A DNA stretch of 61,584 bases, filler included, from 4 parts of 4 records of this genome joined end to end with filler, not necessarily neighbours in it; one strand, 5' to 3'; shown: positions 50,419 to 60,052, numbered from the whole stretch's first letter. Made by a program: numbers and translations. The notes: generated by a model from the letters alone, not told the origin.

Positions 50419-51831
50419 ATGGAAAAAAGCTTACGAATATCAATCATAATTGGAATCATTTCTATTTGTTTGCTAAGTTATTCGACAACCGCAATTGCGC
50501 AGCTCGACGAAGAGTATGAAACCTCATTGCTTCTAGAGGAGGATAATGGTAAGGATGTATTCAATACGGTTTTCAAACCCATAATTGGAATTGGTCAGGG
50601 TATGTTCACCTTCCTTGGAGACGTTAAAGACAAAAGACTTTATAACCCTAATCAGGGGTATTGGGGCACAAAAGCTGTTATTTCCAGAACATTTGGAAAA
50701 AGCTTTGAATTTGACCTCTATTTCATATTTGGTAAATTTGGAGGTGCACAAAACGGCTTTACAACAGAAACTACGCCCCTTGAGGAATCATCAACATATG
50801 AAGAGGATATATTATCAAGTAAAAATAAAAACTTTTATACTGATGTTTCCGTTTCAGGAGTTTCATTTACTTATAACTTCATAAATCTATTTGGTCGTAA
50901 AAGACCTATTCTTCCATTCATATCATTAGGGGTAGAGACTATTCAATTCCGTCCAAAAACAGATTTAGTATACACTGATAACTCAGGCAATACCCTGCCC
51001 TATCACTACTGGAGTGATGGTACTATTAGAGATGTTAGTGAATTAACAGGAGGATCTTCAAACTTAATTAATCGTGACTTCGAATATGAAACTGATGCTC
51101 GTAATGCCAGTGGCCAGGATTATTCATTTTTCACCATAGGTATTCCGGTTGATGTGGGTGCAAATGTCACAATTACTGACCGTTTAACTTTAAGACTTGG
51201 TAATTCATTCCATTTCACTGTTACTGATTATTTAGATAATTATTCGAACGCAAAATCGTTTTTTGAAAATGACTTTTTTAACTACACATACACTTCTTTA
51301 AGACTAGACATGTTTAGTCCAAAAGAAGAGATTATTGCTGTGGAAAACTTTAAAAACGTTAAATTCATTGTTACTGATAATGAAGATGAAGATGGAGATG
51401 GTGTAGATGACTTTAATGATCTTTGTCCTAACACAGAACCCGGTGTAAAAGTTGACTTTCGAGGCTGTCCATTTGATGAAGACAGAGACGGAGTGCCTGA
51501 TTACAAAGACAAACAAAAAGGTACCGTTTTAGATGCATTGGGTGTAAGAGAAAACGGAATTCGTATTTTGGATATGCATGTGATTTCAATGCTTTATGAA
51601 CCTGAAGCTGTTAAAAGAAAGGATATTTACAACTATTACAGCATCTCAGATGGTGAAAGAAAAACTTACGACGAAATTCCTGATAAATTTAAACACCTTG
51701 ACATCAATGAGGATGGATGGATTTCACCTAAAGAACTCCAACAAGCTATTAATGATTTCTTCGATTTTAAATCAAAGCTAAAAGCCGACGATATATACGA
51801 ACTTAAAGACTTCTTCTTCTTACAAAAGTGA
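50419..51831 (+). CDS. Outer-membrane beta-barrel protein with TSP3-like repeats and an EF-hand
   Basis: TDYLD barrel motif, DEDGDGVDDFNDLCP and DEDRDGVPD repeats, DINEDGWISPKE EF-hand loop. Confidence 0.75.
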   Translation: MEKSLRISIIIGIISICLLSYSTTAIAQLDEEYETSLLLEEDNGKDVFNTVFKPIIGIGQGMFTFLGDVKDKRLYNPNQGYWGTKAVISRTFGKSFEFDLYFIFGKFGGAQNGFTTETTPLEESSTYEEDILSSKNKNFYTDVSVSGVSFTYNFINLFGRKRPILPFISLGVETIQFRPKTDLVYTDNSGNTLPYHYWSDGTIRDVSELTGGSSNLINRDFEYETDARNASGQDYSFFTIGIPVDVGANVTITDRLTLRLGNSFHFTVTDYLDNYSNAKSFFENDFFNYTYTSLRLDMFSPKEEIIAVENFKNVKFIVTDNEDEDGDGVDDFNDLCPNTEPGVKVDFRGCPFDEDRDGVPDYKDKQKGTVLDALGVRENGIRILDMHVISMLYEPEAVKRKDIYNYYSISDGERKTYDEIPDKFKHLDINEDGWISPKELQQAINDFFDFKSKLKADDIYELKDFFFLQK

Positions 51832-53048
51832 TAAAATCAATAACCATTACGCTATTGCTTGCCATAATTATGTCAAGCTGCGTTATTACGACTCAAAAAA
51901 ATGAGATAATAGTACTCAATAATACCGAAAATATTGTTGAAGTAGATATTTATGACACCTGGTCTGGAGAGACAACAGATCAATGGAAGCTACAAAAAGG
52001 TATTAATAAATTCAACATCGATGGTGAAACTTTATTTGGATTGTATGCAAAGGGTTTTCCGGAAAAAACCATTTATACGCACCCAAATACAACCATCACA
52101 TTTGAAACCAATGAAGTAATACTTGATGAAATTAACCAGGAAATTAATGCTCACTACATTTGGAGTCAGCAAATAGCAACGGGCGAATCACAAAGTATTT
52201 TCCATTGGCACAACAGCAAGGAAAACCTCAAACCACTTAATGATTGGGAAAAACTTGACAGCCTTCTCTTTAAACTATCTAATAATCCAGAGATTAAAAT
52301 CGAAAAAGGTGTGCTCAACAGAGAACATATTAATACTTATCCTGCAGCATATATGCTAATTGATAAAATTTGCTATTCTGAAAACATCTCAATTGCTGAA
52401 AAAGTCAATCACTTAAAAACACAGTTGACACGAGCAGAATTACCAAATAAAACCCAAAATAATTTCCTAAAGCACTATTTAATGCCCCAGAAATTAAGCT
52501 TAAGAAATGACAGTATTTTAATAATGGCCAATATGCTATTCCCTGAAATCTCATCAGATTTAAACTTAAAATATAAAGAATTAGAGCAAACAGCCATATT
52601 GAAAAAAGGAATGTTACTTCCTGACTTCATGTATGAAAATAAAACGATAAAGGCTTCATACATTACAAATGGGTATAAATATACGCTAATTGATTTTTGG
52701 GCTACATGGTGCATTCCTTGCATTAAACAAATGCCAGACATGAATGAATTCGCAAAAAAATATAGTAATAAAATTAAATTTATATCACTTTCAGTGGATA
52801 ATAAGAGAGACTATGATAAATGGAAGGAAATTGCCAATGAATATAAAGCTATTCAACATTTTTGGCTAAGCGATACAACTACAATAAGAGAGGATTTTGG
52901 AATAAAAGGGCTACCAAGAATGATATTATTAGATCATAAAGGTGAAATAATTGATCCAAATTTCCCTCATTTCTATGATCCTCTAGCTCCATTGTGGATC
53001 AAGTCCTTAGCTAATAAAGAGGAACAAGACAAAGTCGCAAAAAAATAA
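51828..53048 (+). CDS. TlpA-family thioredoxin-like lipoprotein
   Basis: MSSC lipobox; DFWATWCIPC. Confidence 0.9.
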   Translation: MIKSITITLLLAIIMSSCVITTQKNEIIVLNNTENIVEVDIYDTWSGETTDQWKLQKGINKFNIDGETLFGLYAKGFPEKTIYTHPNTTITFETNEVILDEINQEINAHYIWSQQIATGESQSIFHWHNSKENLKPLNDWEKLDSLLFKLSNNPEIKIEKGVLNREHINTYPAAYMLIDKICYSENISIAEKVNHLKTQLTRAELPNKTQNNFLKHYLMPQKLSLRNDSILIMANMLFPEISSDLNLKYKELEQTAILKKGMLLPDFMYENKTIKASYITNGYKYTLIDFWATWCIPCIKQMPDMNEFAKKYSNKIKFISLSVDNKRDYDKWKEIANEYKAIQHFWLSDTTTIREDFGIKGLPRMILLDHKGEIIDPNFPHFYDPLAPLWIKSLANKEEQDKVAKK

Positions 53049-53119
53049 AACAACAGAAATATTTTCGAATTTTATTTGAAAATATGAAATAATGGTTTAC
53101 TTTTGCAATCCAATTACCG

Positions 53120-53149
53120 GCGGATGTGGCGGAATTGGTAGACGCGCTA
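53120..53149 (+). tRNA. tRNA-Leu, 5' part (truncated before the anticodon)
   Basis: GCGGATGTGGCGGAATTGGTAGACGCGCTA is a typical tRNA-Leu acceptor and D-arm; TACTTTTG -7 box at 53098-53105. Confidence 0.8.
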
Positions 53150-53249
53150 NNNNNNNNNNNNNNNNNNNNNNNNNNNNNNNNNNNNNNNNNNNNTTAATTA
53201 ATTAANNNNNNNNNNNNNNNNNNNNNNNNNNNNNNNNNNNNNNNNNNNN
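53150..53249. other. Artificial contig spacer
   Basis: 44 N + TTAATTAATTAA + 44 N. Confidence 0.97.
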
Positions 53250-53361
53250 AGCACCTGTAAAAGGGTGCTTTTATTATGCCCTTTTTTCGTATTTGCAGGG
53301 TAAAAAGAACAAAGACCTTTAGGAGGAGGCGACCTCCATAAAAAGCTTGAAAGGAAGATAC

Positions 53362-53937
53362 ATGGATTTTTTAAGAGAGATTTTGGGCGAAGAATTATTT
53401 GCAATGGTTCAGGAGAAGCTGGAAGGTGCAGAAAAAATGGAACTGGCAAATGTGGCTGACGGCAGCTATATACCAAAGCAGAAATTCAACAGCGTCAACG
53501 ATTAGGTAAAGGTGCTAAAGGGTCAGGTAGGCGACAGAGAGAAGCAACTGATGGAGCTAAAGAGCTTAGAGCCGGAAAAACTGCAAAGCAGGATATCAGA
53601 GCTAGAGACTAGCAATCAAACTCAGAGACAGGATTACGAGAAGCAGCTACACCAGCAGTCATTCGACCATGTGCTCAATGCAGAGCTGGCAAAGTCAGGT
53701 GCTAGGAACCCAAAGGCACTAAAGGCACTGCTGGATATGAATGCAATATCTCTAGAGGGCGATATGTTGGTTGGTTTGCAGGAGCAATTGGAGGCATTGA
53801 TGCAGTCCGATCCTTACCTGTTTGACCTGCCAACGGAAGAAACCACAGGTGCTACCAATCCTGCTGCTGCAAAAAAAGGCAAAATGAGCAAAGAGAAGCT
53901 AACTGACGAGCAGTTCTTTGCACAAGCATTTAAGTAA
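53362..53937 (+). pseudogene. Phage scaffolding protein (GP20-like) interrupted by an in-frame TAG
   Basis: ATG 53362 after GAAAGGA reads MDFLREILGEELF...YIPKQKFNSVND*VKVLK...GARNPKALKALLD...SDPYLF; TAG at 53503-53505 (codon 48). Confidence 0.8.
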
Positions 53938-53949
53938 AAGGAGATTAAA

Positions 53950-55059
53950 ATGGCAAATACTTATTTATCAATGAAGAACATTGCAAGAGAGGCACTGCCT
54001 ATTCTTGTAAACAACTTGGTGTTCCCAAATCTGGTGCATCAGGACTATTCAAATGACTTTGTAGGAAAGGGAGACACTATCCAAATCAAGAAGCCTCCTA
54101 TCTATTCTGCAAAGGACTTTGACGGAACAATCGACATTCAAGATACTACATTTGGCTCAGTAGATGTAACAATGGACAAAATCGCTGACGTATCTGTAGA
54201 AGTCACTTCAAAGGAATTGGCACTGAATATGCCTGATTTCTGCGATCAAGTTATCGAGCCAATGGCTGCTGCAATTGCTGAAAAAATCAATTCAGAGGGT
54301 CTAGAGCTGGCAAAGGACGTACCTTACTTTTCTGGTACTGCAGGCACTACTCCAGATGCTTTGGATGACTTTGCAGGTATTCGCAAGAGCCTGAACGAGA
54401 GAGGTGTACCATCACCTAAACGCTGTGCTGTGTGGGACGTAGATGCTGACGCTAAGTTCGCAACTATCGATGCACTAGTAAAGGTAAATGAATCAGGCGG
54501 CAGTATTGCACTTCGTGAAGGCGAAATCGGCAGAGTATTCGGCATGGATAACTACTATTCAGGCGCTGTGTATACTCATACAGCAGGTACTGCAACATCT
54601 ACTACTTCACCAAAGGTAAACGGAGCAGTTACAGCTGGTACAACTACTATAAATATAGATGCTACTTCTATGACTGGTACACTGCTTGCTGGTGACCTAA
54701 TGACAATCGGCGGATATACATATGTAGTAACAGCAGATACAGCTACTGCATCAGGCAATGCTATTAACAATGTTGCTATCTATCCAGCAGCAGTTGCAGA
54801 TATCAGCGACAATGCGGCTATTACTTTTGTATCTGATTCAGTCCGTAACGTTGGCTTCCACAAGAATGCATTTGCATTTGTTTCTCGTGCACTGCCAATG
54901 CCAGCAGGAGCTGACGGATACGTAGTATCATACGGCGGTATCACTCTGCGTGTTGTCCGCTCATATGACATCACTCAAAAGAAAGAGATCATGTCTATGG
55001 ACGTACTTTACGGCTACAAAACAGTCTATCCAGAATTGGCTCACGTAGTGCTTGGGTAG
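53950..55059 (+). CDS. Major capsid protein (P22 coat-like family)
   Basis: GDTIQIKKP, FHKNAFA, DVLYG; follows the scaffold gene; AAGGAG SD. Confidence 0.9.
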   Translation: MANTYLSMKNIAREALPILVNNLVFPNLVHQDYSNDFVGKGDTIQIKKPPIYSAKDFDGTIDIQDTTFGSVDVTMDKIADVSVEVTSKELALNMPDFCDQVIEPMAAAIAEKINSEGLELAKDVPYFSGTAGTTPDALDDFAGIRKSLNERGVPSPKRCAVWDVDADAKFATIDALVKVNESGGSIALREGEIGRVFGMDNYYSGAVYTHTAGTATSTTSPKVNGAVTAGTTTINIDATSMTGTLLAGDLMTIGGYTYVVTADTATASGNAINNVAIYPAAVADISDNAAITFVSDSVRNVGFHKNAFAFVSRALPMPAGADGYVVSYGGITLRVVRSYDITQKKEIMSMDVLYGYKTVYPELAHVVLG

Positions 55060-55066
55060 GTGAAGT

Positions 55067-55243
55067 ATGAAGGTAAAATCAAAGATTGTAACCGGTAGAG
55101 ATGGCAAGCCTGTGAAGGTAGGTGACATCATAGAACTGGATAACAAAATGGCAGAAAACTGGATAAGTCTGGGCTATGGCGAAGCTGTACAAGATGGAAA
55201 GACTCAGACACGTAAAGAGCCAAAAAAGAAAGTAGAAAAGTAG
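55067..55243 (+). CDS. Small head-associated protein (58 aa)
   Basis: MKVKSKIVTGRDGKPVKVGDIIELDNKMAENWISLGYGEAV...; AGGTGA SD; below the ORF-track cutoff. Confidence 0.75.
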   Translation: MKVKSKIVTGRDGKPVKVGDIIELDNKMAENWISLGYGEAVQDGKTQTRKEPKKKVEK

Positions 55244-55251
55244 GTGATTAG

Positions 55252-55794
55252 ATGCTGACTATAGGCGTAGACAGCTATGTATCTACATTGGAAGCTGATG
55301 AATATATATCTGTACATTACACATCATATGATGCTCAACGCAGCACATGGGAAGCATTAAAAGAATCCGATAAAGAGATATTTCTACGCAATGCAGCGGT
55401 GGCGATGAATAATATTAAATTTAGTGGTATTAAACTTGACAGCGATCAGATGCTGTCCTTCCCCCGCTGCTATAAAAATGCTAGCTATTATCCACTTAGC
55501 TGGTATGAGTGCAAGAAGATAGATGATTACTATTGGTATTGTCAGTCAGAAGCACCTGAGGAAGTTAAGTATTCACAGATTGAGGAAGCATTGGAGATGG
55601 CAAGTCCGTCTGAATCAAGTGCTGATTATGAAGTGCTGAATGGTGCAGTAAAGAGCTATTCCATATCGGGGATATCTGAGACATTTAAAGATATTCCTGT
55701 AAGTACATCTGGTACAGTTCAAACCGAGCTATTCTCTAAAAAAGCACAGAAGCTGTTATGCGTATATACCGGAGGTAGTTACCGTGTCAATTAA
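55252..55794 (+). CDS. Head-tail adaptor (DnaT-like phage family)
   Basis: DSYVS..EADEY, QMLSFPR, VKSYSISGISETF; position after the capsid gene. Confidence 0.75.
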   Translation: MLTIGVDSYVSTLEADEYISVHYTSYDAQRSTWEALKESDKEIFLRNAAVAMNNIKFSGIKLDSDQMLSFPRCYKNASYYPLSWYECKKIDDYYWYCQSEAPEEVKYSQIEEALEMASPSESSADYEVLNGAVKSYSISGISETFKDIPVSTSGTVQTELFSKKAQKLLCVYTGGSYRVN

Positions 55795-56104
55795 GGATAG
55801 AATGAGCATTTATCTGAAACAGGATTTGTCTTGGGAAAAGGCTAAGCAGGATGATGATGGCGAAATCGTCTATGATGAGTATGGTATACCCCGAAGGTAT
55901 GATGCTGTGACTATAAAGGGCAGGAGTATCGGCAAGACACACCGTACGGTGAGTAAAGAGGGTGTATTGATAACTACAAATACTTATGTTATTACTCAGG
56001 AAGGCGTTGGGGTGGATGACACTATTGACGGCAGGGTAGTGGTAGATAGTACTGATATTGTTAATAGGCATGGCGAAGTAATAGGGGTGGAGTGTTATCT
56101 ATAG
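55784..56104 (+). CDS. Putative head-closure protein
   Basis: 106 aa, DEYG motif, synteny. Confidence 0.65.
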   Translation: MSIKDRMSIYLKQDLSWEKAKQDDDGEIVYDEYGIPRRYDAVTIKGRSIGKTHRTVSKEGVLITTNTYVITQEGVGVDDTIDGRVVVDSTDIVNRHGEVIGVECYL

Positions 56105-56140
56105 ATTATTTGTTTTGTTGCTATGTTGTAAATTTATGTT

Positions 56141-56168
56141 AAGGGAGCTACAGCTCCCTTTTGCTTTT
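56141..56168 (+). terminator. Terminator-like hairpin inside the head-tail module
   Basis: AAGGGAGCT-AC-AGCTCCCTT followed by TTGCTTTT. Confidence 0.6.
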
Positions 56169-56179
56169 GGAGTATTGCT

Positions 56180-56524
56180 ATGAGTAGATTTAAGACTAAT
56201 ATTGATTTTGTAAAGTTAAAGAAATCAATTGTATCCAGAGCTAAAAAGGGCCTAAAACTGTCCGCTAAAAAGCTATTGGAAGATAGTAATTCAAAGGTTC
56301 CAATTGATACTGGAAGGCTGAAAAAAAGCGGAATAGTAAATACCAGCGAACTGGGAGAGATGAAAACTGCAGTAAAATATACTGCTGATTATGCTTTCTA
56401 TCAGCATGAGAATTCTAGATTGAAGCATAAAAAAGGAGAAGCAATGTATCTAGAGAATACGCTCATTAAAAATAAAGCGAAATACATTGAGATAATAGCA
56501 AATGAGATAAAAGGAGCACTATAG
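56180..56524 (+). CDS. HK97 gp10-like neck/tail completion protein
   Basis: VPIDTGRLKKS, YAFYQHE, YLE motifs. Confidence 0.85.
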   Translation: MSRFKTNIDFVKLKKSIVSRAKKGLKLSAKKLLEDSNSKVPIDTGRLKKSGIVNTSELGEMKTAVKYTADYAFYQHENSRLKHKKGEAMYLENTLIKNKAKYIEIIANEIKGAL

Positions 56525-56920
56525 ATGAGTATGATACATGACATAAAGACCTTTTTACAGAGTAAAGGGATAGAAGAAACTATTTATCTGGGGAATATGC
56601 CTGATTCACCTGACAAAGCTATTGCTCTGTTTGAAGATGAGGGACTGGAATACGTTCAATATACAGAGCTAAAACGAATAATGCTGCAGGTGATACTGCG
56701 GGATGAAGAAGGGAATTATGAGACGGCATACTCATTGATGGAGAGTATTCACAATTTGCTTGATAATGTAGGTAATGAAATCAATGGAAGCGGAGAAGCA
56801 ATTAATATAAACGAAGATATATATTTTCGTATATATGCAAAAGGCTCGGGAATAGCTCATATGAAGGATGAAAACGGGCGGATAGTGCTAAAGAAGGACT
56901 ATATTGTGATACGAAGCTAA
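56525..56920 (+). CDS. Putative tail terminator (minor capsid family)
   Basis: MPDSPD, LQVILR, DENGR; directly precedes the major tail gene. Confidence 0.7.
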   Translation: MSMIHDIKTFLQSKGIEETIYLGNMPDSPDKAIALFEDEGLEYVQYTELKRIMLQVILRDEEGNYETAYSLMESIHNLLDNVGNEINGSGEAININEDIYFRIYAKGSGIAHMKDENGRIVLKKDYIVIRS

Positions 56921-56951
56921 CAGATTTAACGAGATAAAGAAAGGGAAAATA

Positions 56952-57557
56952 ATGAACAAACAAAGTGCAAAGATAGGTATAGACAAGCTCTATATTGCTG
57001 AAGTAACAGCAGAGACAGACAGCAGCATTACATACGGTACACCTATTCACATTCCAGGTATTACAGAATTTGAGATTACTCTGAATAACTCTGTGACACC
57101 GATATTTGCAGATGATGGTGTGTATGAAAGCTTTAACGACCAGGGCGAGATTGAGTGCAAAGTGCCATTGATTGGACTGGACGGCGAGACATACTGTAAG
57201 GTGACTGGAGCAAGCTATTCCAATACTAATGGTGTGGTGGAGGACGCTATGAGCAATGCTTCCAGTTACTTTGCTGTAGGTTTCCGTGCACAGAAAGTAA
57301 ATGGTACATATCAGTATGTATGGCTATTAAAAGGAAAATTTAATAAACCTGATATGAGCCAAAAGACAAAGGGCGACGGTACAGAGGCTGGAATCGAGGA
57401 ATACACTTATAAGGTGCTGAACAGGCATGATGGCAAGTGGAGACGTATGCTAAATAGTGATGATTCAAATCTGCCAGATGGTAATACAGATGCAACACTA
57501 AGCGATGCTGCAAGCGGTTGGTTCTCTAGTCCTGACTTCGTGCCGACTGCATCATAG
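56952..57557 (+). CDS. Major tail protein (phi13 family-like)
   Basis: IG.DKLYIA, FADDG, YFAVGFRA, YVWLLKGKF, WF near the C-terminus. Confidence 0.9.
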   Translation: MNKQSAKIGIDKLYIAEVTAETDSSITYGTPIHIPGITEFEITLNNSVTPIFADDGVYESFNDQGEIECKVPLIGLDGETYCKVTGASYSNTNGVVEDAMSNASSYFAVGFRAQKVNGTYQYVWLLKGKFNKPDMSQKTKGDGTEAGIEEYTYKVLNRHDGKWRRMLNSDDSNLPDGNTDATLSDAASGWFSSPDFVPTAS

Positions 57558-57694
57558 AGATATTAACAAAGCGATTGTTCGCTTACTCATTGCTGTGGAC
57601 TTAAAGTTCTACAGCAATTAATAGGTGAAAATAAGCAGATACATCCTAAAATAGGGTGAATTTATATGAACTATTAAAAATGGAGGACACTAAA

Positions 57695-57973
57695 ATGACA
57701 AATTTTACAATGAAAATTAACGGCAAAATGCATACGGCGAATAAGCCAAAGATGCGTACACTGAAGGCATTCCTGAAGGCAAAAGGCAAGGACGATAATC
57801 TGGAGATAAATGCAGATAGTATTGACAACCTGAATGAGGTTATTATCAGTATTTTCCCAAAGGTTAAGATCAGTGATCTGGATGAACTGGAGATTAGCGA
57901 ATATATCTCTATGTTTCAGGATATTGCAGACTGGATAGGTGAAAGCATGGGCAGCGAAACGCCAAAAAACTAA
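57695..57973 (+). CDS. Tail assembly chaperone (gpG-like)
   Basis: ATG 57695 after GGAGG; ends PKN-stop on a slippery site. Confidence 0.8.
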   Translation: MTNFTMKINGKMHTANKPKMRTLKAFLKAKGKDDNLEINADSIDNLNEVIISIFPKVKISDLDELEISEYISMFQDIADWIGESMGSETPKN

Positions 57974-58155
57974 ATACCCCTCAAAATGGGGGGAATGAAT
58001 ATGAAGCCCTTATGTATATGTATGGCGTGCTGCTAAGAGAGCATGGAGTGATGCCTAGTACTGTGGATAATGAGTATATTGAAGATTTCTATATAGCATT
58101 GCTGTCTGAGGAACCCAAGAGAGTCAATTGTATTGATGAGGTTAATGGGTGGTAA
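57964..58155 (+). CDS. -1 frameshift extension of the tail chaperone (gpGT-like)
   Basis: A AAA AAC at 57964-57970; the -1 frame is open to TAA at 58153-58155 (LNTPQNGG...CIDEVNGW). Confidence 0.8.
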   Translation, partial: KKLNTPQNGGNEYEALMYMYGVLLREHGVMPSTVDNEYIEDFYIALLSEEPKRVNCIDEVNGW

Positions 58156-58202
58156 AGACAAAATAGGACTATATATATGATATGAAATGGTAATGGTAGA
58201 TA

Positions 58203-58231
58203 TTGCTATATGTGCGATGATAGAGTAGAAT
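58203..58231 (+). promoter_or_regulatory. SigmaA promoter of moron 1
   Basis: TTGCTA-17 nt-TAGAAT. Confidence 0.7.
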
Positions 58232-58265
58232 GGTAGGGAGATTATTTGTGGATGAAGGAGATACA

Positions 58266-59050
58266 ATGCTTGAGAATTTTGATTTGAGTGATTTACAACC
58301 ATTACTGCTTTCGCTAACAACGTTGATGTTATTTCTATCTAATATCAAAGAAAGAAAGAATAGACATGAAGGAGTAATCAAAAGATTAGGTGAAAAAGTT
58401 ATAAATCAAAGACGTGATATAGTATATACTGCATTAATAACAACAGTATTTGAGCATCCCATATATACAATAACACAAAAAAGAGATGATGAGTGTACAA
58501 TAAATATTAATACCTCTGGTCAAAAGAAGCTTTACTTGAATGGAAATATAAAGGTAACTTTATATTATTTAGATGAAAAAAATCAAAAATTGTGATTGAA
58601 AACACCTACAACACAAGAAAATCAAATAAAGAAACTGTAGATATGATTATAGGTGGAGTTTTAAGAAATATTATGATTTATGATAAGATTGATGAAGATA
58701 AAAGTATAGAGGAAATGACGAAAAAAACATCTGCATATTATCAAAATATTTGCAAATTGAAAGTAATTTCAACTGAAGATGAAGTCTTTAATAAACTGTT
58801 GGAGTATAGTGATAAAAATCAGCACTTAATAGAAAGCGATTCAAAGAAATACTATGTTGAGTATAGTATAAATAGTATTTTCCGACTAGCTGTTAATATA
58901 TATGCTGTAAATGATGAAATTACAGTAATAAATGTTGGAGTAGAGTGTAATACTATGTCTGGAAGAGAGAAAATTAATAATTATATAATACTACAAAATG
59001 TCGATAGGATAGTTAAATATATTAATGATACTTACAATGTATATAAGTGA
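58266..59050 (+). pseudogene. Moron 1: membrane-anchored two-domain gene split by a frameshift in an A7 run
   Basis: ORFs 58266-58595 and 58592-59050 join via a -1 shift at 58576-58582, restoring similarity to the 60202 protein. Confidence 0.6.
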
Positions 59051-59088
59051 TATTTGAATAATATATACTTATTATATTTATGGAGATT

Positions 59089-59117
59089 AGAAGTCTAAAA
59101 AGGCTTCTTTTATTTTG
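59089..59117 (+). terminator. Terminator after moron 1
   Basis: AGAAGTCT-AAAA-AGGCTTCT followed by a T-rich tract. Confidence 0.65.
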
Positions 59118-59134
59118 CTTTAAGGAGAGATTTT

Positions 59135-60052
59135 ATGGAGACAGAAGCTTTATTACTAAAGTTTGCATTAGATATTACATCTTTTTATGATGGTATTAAT
59201 ATTGTAATTGAAAAACTAGACGGACTAATAATAATGGTAGATGAGTTTACGGTGAAAATGGATGATGTTAGTAACAAATTAGATAAAACAAGTTTTGATG
59301 AATTTGCTGAGAACATTGGGTTGGCGGCTTCTGGAATAACAATACTAGGTACTGTACTAGGCTTACTTGGCATAGAAATACCAGCACTAACAACTATTTT
59401 CGGTGGATTATCAACTGCTTTAGCAGGTACTGGTATTGTAGGAGTTGCCGCTTTTGCATGGGTCTTTGGAATTATAGCGGCAATAACTATCCTGTTTTTT
59501 GCAATAAGGTATTTAATTAAAAACTGGGATAAAACAAAAGAGCTGTTTGGTAATATAGGGAAAGCAATTGGTGATAAAGTAAAAGAGGTATGGACTAATA
59601 TTACTGATTTTTTTACTAACATTAAGTTTGAGGATTTTATAAAAGTAGGAAGACTGATTATTACGAGTTTATTAATTGGTATTTTGGGAGAAGATTTTGG
59701 AGGAATCATTATTAAAACAGGACAAGAAATTATCAAATGGTTCAAAGAGGCATTAGGTATGCATTCACCATCCAAAAAGATGATTGAAATCGGTAAATTT
59801 ATTATTTTAGGTTTAATAAATGGTTTAAAAGGTGCAGCAAAGGGAGTACTTACGTTTATTGGTGGCTTTATTGCAAATGTGATTGCATGGATAACGATAA
59901 ATGTGCCGATGATAATTACTGCTGTGGGGGCGTTGTTTAACAATCTGTGGGCGAGTATAACTACATTCTTTACTAAATTGCCAGTTGTAATCGCTGAATG
60001 GCTGTTGATTATAATAAATACTCGTTCTAAGTTTCTCATTAAAGGGATTTAG
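59135..60052 (+). CDS. Short tape-measure-like protein, copy 1
   Basis: Hydrophobic G/A-rich segment, IKNWDK, periodic W/F, LGMHSPSK motif; AAGGAG SD. Confidence 0.78.
   Translation: METEALLLKFALDITSFYDGINIVIEKLDGLIIMVDEFTVKMDDVSNKLDKTSFDEFAENIGLAASGITILGTVLGLLGIEIPALTTIFGGLSTALAGTGIVGVAAFAWVFGIIAAITILFFAIRYLIKNWDKTKELFGNIGKAIGDKVKEVWTNITDFFTNIKFEDFIKVGRLIITSLLIGILGEDFGGIIIKTGQEIIKWFKEALGMHSPSKKMIEIGKFIILGLINGLKGAAKGVLTFIGGFIANVIAWITINVPMIITAVGALFNNLWASITTFFTKLPVVIAEWLLIIINTRSKFLIKGI

Noticed and set aside
53120-53300. Prophage integrated at tRNA-Leu
   Set aside because: The adjacency is across an artificial spacer; the tRNA is on the Bacteroidota-like contig, while the phage contig is Firmicutes-like and starts mid-genome.
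53198-53476. 92-aa minus-strand ORF
   Set aside because: It runs into the N spacer and is antisense to the scaffold gene.
59185-60039. 284-aa antisense ORF (also 60841-61155)
   Set aside because: Shadow of the tape-measure-like genes; no SD or recognisable motifs.
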